A DNA stretch of 64,000 nt, taken from Microcoleus sp. Its GTDB lineage: Bacteria; Cyanobacteriota; Cyanobacteriia; Cyanobacteriales; Microcoleaceae. Every line of letters begins with the position of its first letter. The first letter of the stretch is position 1. The notes beneath the pieces were generated by a model. The model searched no databases. It was not told the DNA's origin and saw nothing but the letters and a program-made list of their open reading frames with translations. The position numbers and the translations under genes are program-made. The stretch spans positions 5,824,001-5,888,000 of the forward strand of contig CP181291.1 in assembly GCA_052279835.1 (NCBI GenBank), written 5' to 3'. Shown piece by piece: positions 58,168-64,000 of the stretch.

Positions 58168-59856
58168 ATGATATTTTTGAGTGGCAAGCAAAATTCGTCG
58201 CTGCATGAGGTGATGAAGGTGGCGGCGGGGTTTTTTGTGCTGTGCTTATTACTGACGCTGCACCGCTACTACAGCTTTTATGCCACTTACGACCAAGGCA
58301 TTTTTAATCAACTGTTTTGGAATGGTAGTCACGGTCGCTTGTTTGAGAGTTCTCTCTCTTCGGCTTTGTCTACTAACGTGGTTCACCAAAATCAGGTCCC
58401 AGAAGTATTTTACTATCGGTTAGGGCAGCACTTCACTCCGGCGCTGATGCTGTGGCTGCCAATTTACTCCCTGTTTCCCTCTCCTGTGACTTTGACGGTG
58501 TTGCAGGTGACTTTGATTACGGCGGCTGGTTTAGTGCTCTACGCTCTTGCCAGACACTATCTAGAGCGCCGGCTATCGGCGGCCATTGTGGTCAGCTATT
58601 ACTGTGCTAATGCGGTAATTGGCCCGACTTTGGGCAATTTTCATGATGTTTGCCAAATTCCGCTTTATGTTTTTAGCTTGCTACTGGCGATGGAAAAGCG
58701 CTGGTGGCCGCTGTTTGGGATTTTGGCAACTTTAATTTTGGCCGTGCGGGAAGATGGGGGTGTGGTGTTATTTGGGGTGGGAGTTTACCTGATTTTGAGT
58801 CGGCGCTACCCTCTGACTGGCTTGGCTGTGTGCGTTCTCAGTTTTGGTTACATGATTTTGTTGACTAATGCGATTATGCCGTTATTTTCTGCTGATATCT
58901 CCCAGCGGTTTATGATAGAACGCTTCGGTCAATATGCCGATGGAGAAGAAGCTTCGACTCTCGACATTATTTGGGGAATGGTGAGCAATCCTTGGCGGTT
59001 GGTTGAACAATTATTTACGCCGTTTTTTGGTAAAATCAAATACCTGCTTGGTCAGTGGTTGCCCTTAGCTTTGGTTCCTGCTTTCGCACCCGCTTCTTGG
59101 ACGATCGCTGGATTCCCCCTGCTGAAGCTATTTTTAGCTAAAGGAGAGTCGGTATTGGCGATCAATATTCGCTATGCGATGACTGTGGTGCCTGGGCTGT
59201 TTTATGGGACGATCCTGTGGTGGGCCGATCGCCAACAGGAAGAAGATAAAATTAGAATGGGAGAAGAAACCATCTTGCGTTTTCCTTCTGCGGTGTTGCC
59301 TTTCCCTTCTTCTGCAAAATTTCGCCGATTTTGGGCGTTTTGTATCTGCTTGTCACTATTTTTCACCTTCACATCTAACCCAAATCGGACTTTTTCGTTT
59401 ATTTTGCCCGATGCGATCGCTCCTTGGGTGCAGGTTCCTTTGATCAGACAGTGGCAACACGTTTTTCAGGTGCGCCCTCTGTTGGCTCAAATTCCTGCCG
59501 ATGCAAGTGTCTCAGCCACTAACACGATTGTGCCGATTTTGTCAAGCCGTCGCGAAATTCTCAGGTTTCCGATGTTGGAATTGCGGAATGATGCCAGGGA
59601 GATAGTGAAGATGGAATATGCGATCGTGGATATGTGGCAGTTACAACAGTATCAGGCGGCATTTCGCGCGGAACGGGGACAGTTGCAGGCGATCGTCCCT
59701 CAAATCGATCGAATGTCCAACTCTGGAGAGTACGGCATTATTGGCTTTGAAGACGGCACGATTTTGATGCAAAAGGGTGCTGCTTCTAACTCTGCATCGG
59801 TGACGGCTTGGGCTAGTTTTCGTCGCCAATTGGAGCCGATTTTGAACAAAAAATAG
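58168..59856 (+). CDS. DUF2079 membrane protein (GT-C-like)
   Basis: YDQGIFNQ..LGQHFTP, NFHD, VREDG, multiple TM helices. Confidence 0.8.
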   Translation: MIFLSGKQNSSLHEVMKVAAGFFVLCLLLTLHRYYSFYATYDQGIFNQLFWNGSHGRLFESSLSSALSTNVVHQNQVPEVFYYRLGQHFTPALMLWLPIYSLFPSPVTLTVLQVTLITAAGLVLYALARHYLERRLSAAIVVSYYCANAVIGPTLGNFHDVCQIPLYVFSLLLAMEKRWWPLFGILATLILAVREDGGVVLFGVGVYLILSRRYPLTGLAVCVLSFGYMILLTNAIMPLFSADISQRFMIERFGQYADGEEASTLDIIWGMVSNPWRLVEQLFTPFFGKIKYLLGQWLPLALVPAFAPASWTIAGFPLLKLFLAKGESVLAINIRYAMTVVPGLFYGTILWWADRQQEEDKIRMGEETILRFPSAVLPFPSSAKFRRFWAFCICLSLFFTFTSNPNRTFSFILPDAIAPWVQVPLIRQWQHVFQVRPLLAQIPADASVSATNTIVPILSSRREILRFPMLELRNDAREIVKMEYAIVDMWQLQQYQAAFRAERGQLQAIVPQIDRMSNSGEYGIIGFEDGTILMQKGAASNSASVTAWASFRRQLEPILNKK

Positions 59857-59926
59857 GCAGGGACTGGCGATCGCCATGGCTGTGTCTGTGGCAAAAATCT
59901 GGCATCAACCTGTTTTTTAGCTAGAC

Positions 59927-61510
59927 AGACGGGAATCCCCACACTATACCGCCTCGGTTAGTGTGGGATGAAAGGCGTATGAGGTGAGGATTCCATCTGT
60001 TGACAATCTCAAAGCATAGCTTTGAGGAGTGGGCGGATGGATGACGAGACCAACAAATCCTGGTAAAATAATACTAACAAAAAACGGCAATTCAATGAAG
60101 GCGACATATCAGTACAAGTTCTATCCCGACACTAATCAAAAGCTAGCTCTCAACCAATGGCTCAGAATTTGCCGTTATTGGTACAATCGCCAATTGGGAG
60201 CTCGTTTTGATTGGTGGGAAATGAACCGTACTGCTATCAATGCTTGTCCCTTAAAAACCAGTATTGCGGCTCCCAAAGAAAAGCCTAACTACTACTGCCA
60301 AAAACAACAGTTACCCATTCTCAAAAAAGATTTGGTTAAAGTCTTTCATAGTGGTGAGTTATTAGACTTTAAGCAAGTCGATTCAACGATTCTGCAAGAC
60401 GTTTCCAAACGAGTCGATCGAGCTTTTGAGAGGTTTATTTTAGGTGACAGCAAAGGTGGGCGATCGGGTAGACCCCGATTCAAAACTGAAGCCGACTACC
60501 GAACAATGACTTTGGCAACGGCTAGCGACGATTGGATTAAATTAATTCGCAAGAATTGGATTTACATTCGATTGCCAAAACTAGGGTTTACAAAGGTGCG
60601 GATGCACCGTACCATCCCCGATGGTTTAACCATTAAACAAGTGAGTGTCACTAGGAAAGCCGACGGTTGGTTCCTCCAATTAATACTTGAAGACACTTCT
60701 GTGCCTGAATTGACACCGGATAAAATTGCTCCCATTTGGCAGAATTCAATCGGTTTAGATGCAGTGTTACACGAAGATGTTTATCTAGCGACATCTGAGG
60801 GTGAGAAATTACCTTCCCTCAAGCCACTCCGAAAGAATCAAGCTAAATTAGACCGCATTTCCCTGAAGCGGAATCAAGGAAAAAGAAGGTCTAAAGCCCG
60901 ACGAAAGTTGGCAAAAAAAGAGGCGAGACAGCATCAAAAGATTGCGCGTTGTCGCCAAGACTTTCATTATAAAACAGCTCACCAATTAGTCAGAACGGGA
61001 GCTAAGTTCTTCTTCCATGAAGACTTAAACCTCCAAGGTTTAACTAAAATAAACAAGGTTAAACAAGATGAGGATGGGAAATATTTACCCAATGGGCAAT
61101 CCGCTAAATCTGGATTGAATAAATCCTGGCTGGATGCAGCTTTTGGGCAATTTTTTACGACGCTGAGCTACATAGGAGAAAAAACTGGGGCAGTCGTCGT
61201 TTCACAAAAACCTGCTTACACCTCAATGCTTCTGTGTTATCGGAATGAAATGGTTTTCACCGACTGCAATATTCGAGAGTATTGGGATGAGCAAAATTCT
61301 TTGATGGTAGATCGCGATCTTAATGCTGCGATTCACCTAAAAAGACTGGGGTTGGACATTTTCCCCAGTATAAAACGCCCTAGTGGGAATCTTTCTATAG
61401 TTGGTTCTATGGATAACAGTACCATCAAGGAAATCTTACATACCCTTCATCGGGCTGTTAAGAAGCCCACATCATAATCTGTACTCAGATTTGATGTGGG
61501 AGTATGTCAC
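59927..61510 (+). mobile_element. IS200/IS605-family (IS1341-type, tnpB-only) element
   Basis: Left hairpin CCCACACTA..TAGTGTGGG (59938-59968); right hairpin CCCACATCA..TGATGTGGG ending AGTATGTCAC at 61510; no tnpA. The left boundary is approximate. Confidence 0.75.
60095..61477 (+). CDS. tnpB: TnpB RNA-guided endonuclease family protein
   Basis: MKATYQYKFYP HTH, G.PRFK, RuvC I IGLD, RuvC II HEDLNL, KSGLNKSWLDAAFGQF, RuvC III DRDLNAA. Confidence 0.92.
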   Translation: MKATYQYKFYPDTNQKLALNQWLRICRYWYNRQLGARFDWWEMNRTAINACPLKTSIAAPKEKPNYYCQKQQLPILKKDLVKVFHSGELLDFKQVDSTILQDVSKRVDRAFERFILGDSKGGRSGRPRFKTEADYRTMTLATASDDWIKLIRKNWIYIRLPKLGFTKVRMHRTIPDGLTIKQVSVTRKADGWFLQLILEDTSVPELTPDKIAPIWQNSIGLDAVLHEDVYLATSEGEKLPSLKPLRKNQAKLDRISLKRNQGKRRSKARRKLAKKEARQHQKIARCRQDFHYKTAHQLVRTGAKFFFHEDLNLQGLTKINKVKQDEDGKYLPNGQSAKSGLNKSWLDAAFGQFFTTLSYIGEKTGAVVVSQKPAYTSMLLCYRNEMVFTDCNIREYWDEQNSLMVDRDLNAAIHLKRLGLDIFPSIKRPSGNLSIVGSMDNSTIKEILHTLHRAVKKPTS

Positions 61511-61726
61511 TCCTGGACCCATATATACCAAATCAACCTGGTTTTTGACGAGCATTAAAGGCTCAAAGGCAGTATTTCCCTAAAAAACCAGGTTTTTGAG
61601 TCCAGGATGATTGTTCAGGTCATGGGTAGGGCGATCGACCAACCAATCAAAGCTTAAAATTATACAATAAATTAGTCAACCATAAACATTAAGATCTATA
61701 AAGTAAAGTATGTGGAGGGAAGAGAG

Positions 61727-62914
61727 ATGAAAATTTTGGTATTGGCGTGGGAGTTTCCTCCCAGAATCGTAGGTGGCATCGCCCGCCACGTATCCGAATT
61801 GTATCCAGAATTGGTGGAGCTGGGCCACTCCATTCACTTGATTACTGTAGAGTTCGGCAACGCGCCGATGTATGAAGTGGTGGAAGGAATACAGGTACAT
61901 CGGGTGGTGGTGGGACACGCCCGCGACTTTTTCCACTGGGTAGCCAACCTCAACCAAAGCATGGGCCATCAAGGTGGCAAACTGATGCTAGAAGAAGGGC
62001 CTTTCGATCTGATTCACGCTCACGATTGGCTAGTGGGAGATGCCGCGATCGCCCTCAAGCATAGTTTTAAAGTACCCCTAATTGCCACCATCCACGCCAC
62101 CGAATACGGACGCTTCAACGGTCTCCACAATGACGGACAGCGCTACATTAACACCAAAGAAAATAGCCTCGCTTACAATGCTTGGCGGGTAATTGTGTGC
62201 AGCGATTATATGCGCCGAGAAGCCGAACGGGTACTATCTACACCTTGGAACAAAATAGAAGTAATTTATAACGGAATTAGATCGGAAAAAAAACCACGCT
62301 TGGACGAATTCGATGCCAGAGATTTTCGGCGAAAATTTGCAGCAGATGATGAAAAAATAGTCTATTATGTGGGCAGAATTAGCTACGAAAAGGGCATAGC
62401 TGTATTTTTAAATGCTGCACCGAAAGTGATTTGGGAAATGGGGGGAAAAACCAAGATTATCATTGTGGGTGGTGGCAATACTGACCATCTCAAAGATCAG
62501 GCTTGGAACTTAGGGATTTGGAATAAATGCTATTTTACTGGGTTCATGTTTGAAGAAGACCTCGATAAATTTCAAACCGTGGCGGACTGTGCTGTTTTTC
62601 CTAGTCTTTACGAACCTTTTGGGATTGTAGCTTTAGAAAGTTTTGCTGCTAGAGTGCCTGTGGTAGTTTCTGATGCTGGTGGACTTCCCGAAGTAGTACA
62701 ACACACGAAAACGGGCGTTGTTACTCAAGCAAATAATTCTGATTCTTTAGCCTGGGGGATTTTGGAAGTATTGAAAAATCCGGGCTATGGACAGTGGTTA
62801 GTTGATAATGCTTACTCAGACTTGGAACGCCGATTTAGCTGGCCGAAGTTGGCGATTGAAACAGAGTGGGTTTATCAACGGGTTATGGAAGAAAGAGCCG
62901 AGGTTGATTGGTAA
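61727..62914 (+). CDS. Glycosyltransferase family 4
   Basis: WEFPPRIVGGIARHV, IHAHDW, YVGRISYEKG, FPSLYEPFGIVALE. Confidence 0.92.
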   Translation: MKILVLAWEFPPRIVGGIARHVSELYPELVELGHSIHLITVEFGNAPMYEVVEGIQVHRVVVGHARDFFHWVANLNQSMGHQGGKLMLEEGPFDLIHAHDWLVGDAAIALKHSFKVPLIATIHATEYGRFNGLHNDGQRYINTKENSLAYNAWRVIVCSDYMRREAERVLSTPWNKIEVIYNGIRSEKKPRLDEFDARDFRRKFAADDEKIVYYVGRISYEKGIAVFLNAAPKVIWEMGGKTKIIIVGGGNTDHLKDQAWNLGIWNKCYFTGFMFEEDLDKFQTVADCAVFPSLYEPFGIVALESFAARVPVVVSDAGGLPEVVQHTKTGVVTQANNSDSLAWGILEVLKNPGYGQWLVDNAYSDLERRFSWPKLAIETEWVYQRVMEERAEVDW

Positions 62915-63095
62915 GAATATTGACTGTTGAGTGTGAGTCAAATATTAACTTTTTTAGTGGCAGATGTTAAAAATTTGTAACACAATGTATTGTAAAACTT
63001 CATTGAGTTTATAAGCAATTATAAACAATAATGGTATTATATTGTTGTGAGTGTTGAATCAGGAATACGCATAACCCAAAAAACGCAAGTCTCAA

Positions 63096-64000
63096 ATGCA
63101 ACTAACAGAGAGGCACATCATTAAATCAACGTCACACCGTTTCGCCCAAATTGACGAACTAGCCTTTAAATCCAAAAACCTCTACAATGCCGCCAATTAC
63201 GTCATTCGTCAGAGTTTTATTTATGGGTGGGGCTATGTCAACTACAACGAAATGAACCGATTGATGAAGTCTCACGAAGCATATAAGGCAATGCCAGCTA
63301 AAGTAAGTCAGCAAATCTTGATGGTGCTAGACAAGAATTGGAAATCGTTTTTTGAAGCCGTTAAAGCTTACAAAGCTGACTCTTCAAAATTCACGGGTCG
63401 CCCGAAATTGCCGAAGTACAAAGATAAGACTAAAGGGCGAAATCTTCTCGTCTACACGATTCAAGCAATTAGCAGCAAACAGTTGAAGAAAGGAATCATT
63501 AAGCTTTCCGGCACTGAACTTTCAATTAAAACCCAAGTCAATCCCAACCAGATTTGTCAAGTTAGAGTGGTTCCGAAATGTGATTCCTATGTAATTGAGG
63601 TGATTTATGATGCTTGTACTGCCCTTCGACTACGCTCAGGAACCGCGATTCGAAGTGAACCGGAGTCCACCCTTGGCAATGCCAACTCTGTAGCTAGTAT
63701 TGATTTGGGACTGGATAATTTAGTGGCGTTAACTTCAAATCAGCCGGGATTTATCCCTTTGTTGATTAACGGGCGACCATTAAAATCGATTAACCAGTTC
63801 TATAACAAACGCAAATCCCGATTACAATCCCAGTTAAAAGGGAATCGTCAAACCTCACCCAGGATTCAGCGATTAACTCGCTGTCGCAATCAGAAAGTTG
63901 ATAATTACTTGCATCATGCTAGTTGTGTGATTGTTGCGATTTTAAATACCAAACAAATTGGGACGCTAGTAATTGGTAAGAATGCACAGTGGAAAACTGA
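63096..64000 (+). CDS. tnpB: Second TnpB (IS1341-type), runs off the window end; not in the ORF track
   Basis: Translated by hand: MQLTERHIIK..SKNLYNAANY..PAKVSQQ..GRPKLPKYK..ASIDLGLDNL..INGRPLKSINQFYNK..YLHHAS..TLVIGKNAQWK. Confidence 0.88.
   Translation, partial: MQLTERHIIKSTSHRFAQIDELAFKSKNLYNAANYVIRQSFIYGWGYVNYNEMNRLMKSHEAYKAMPAKVSQQILMVLDKNWKSFFEAVKAYKADSSKFTGRPKLPKYKDKTKGRNLLVYTIQAISSKQLKKGIIKLSGTELSIKTQVNPNQICQVRVVPKCDSYVIEVIYDACTALRLRSGTAIRSEPESTLGNANSVASIDLGLDNLVALTSNQPGFIPLLINGRPLKSINQFYNKRKSRLQSQLKGNRQTSPRIQRLTRCRNQKVDNYLHHASCVIVAILNTKQIGTLVIGKNAQWKT
63612..63656. repeat. 45-bp nested small dispersed repeat, in frame in tnpB
   Basis: GCTTGTACTG[CCCTTCGACTACGCTCAGGAA]CCGCGATTCGAAGT = 24 + 21 nt; encodes ACTALRLRSGTAIRS. 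Confidence 0.65.

Noticed and set aside
58158..60044. 14-bp direct match GGGCGGATGGATGA at ~58158 and ~60031
   Set aside because: A match of this length is expected by chance in a 64 kb window, and no flanking structure supports it.

Overview
A 64 kb chromosomal window from a filamentous cyanobacterium. This is inferred from very dense HIP1 (GCGATCGC) sites, heptamer tandem repeats, sasA, crtO, xisHI and a group-2 sigma factor; the repeat content looks Oscillatoriales-like. The first 15 kb is the most unusual part. It begins with a giant (>3300 aa, 5'-truncated) protein with a DUF4114-type motif, a subtilisin domain, a very long coiled coil and a hydrophobic C-terminus. Next come a teneurin-like YD/Rhs shell protein lacking the NHL propeller and an orphan Rhs cassette with a phospholipase-A2-like tip. 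No immunity gene is visible, so this is a candidate novel toxin delivery system. The middle is mostly housekeeping (frameshifted metH, ybjQ, crtO, KirBac, sbcDC, aminotransferase, aminopeptidase P) mixed with decayed toxin-antitoxin genes, a stand-alone Ntox34-like toxin/HEAT-repeat pair, and many MITE/REP-like palindromes, several inserted in frame in genes. A minus-strand cluster at 44.7-53 kb encodes a STAND ATPase, a kinase-TPR protein, a YbjN-like protein, a CHAT-protein remnant, a sigma-like protein and a DUF1822 protein. The end holds tRNA-Leu(CAG), a TrmH-family methyltransferase, a group-2 sigma factor, DUF760, mutT, sasA, DUF2079, a GT4 glycosyltransferase and two tnpB genes. Family names come from motif recognition by eye, not from database searches.
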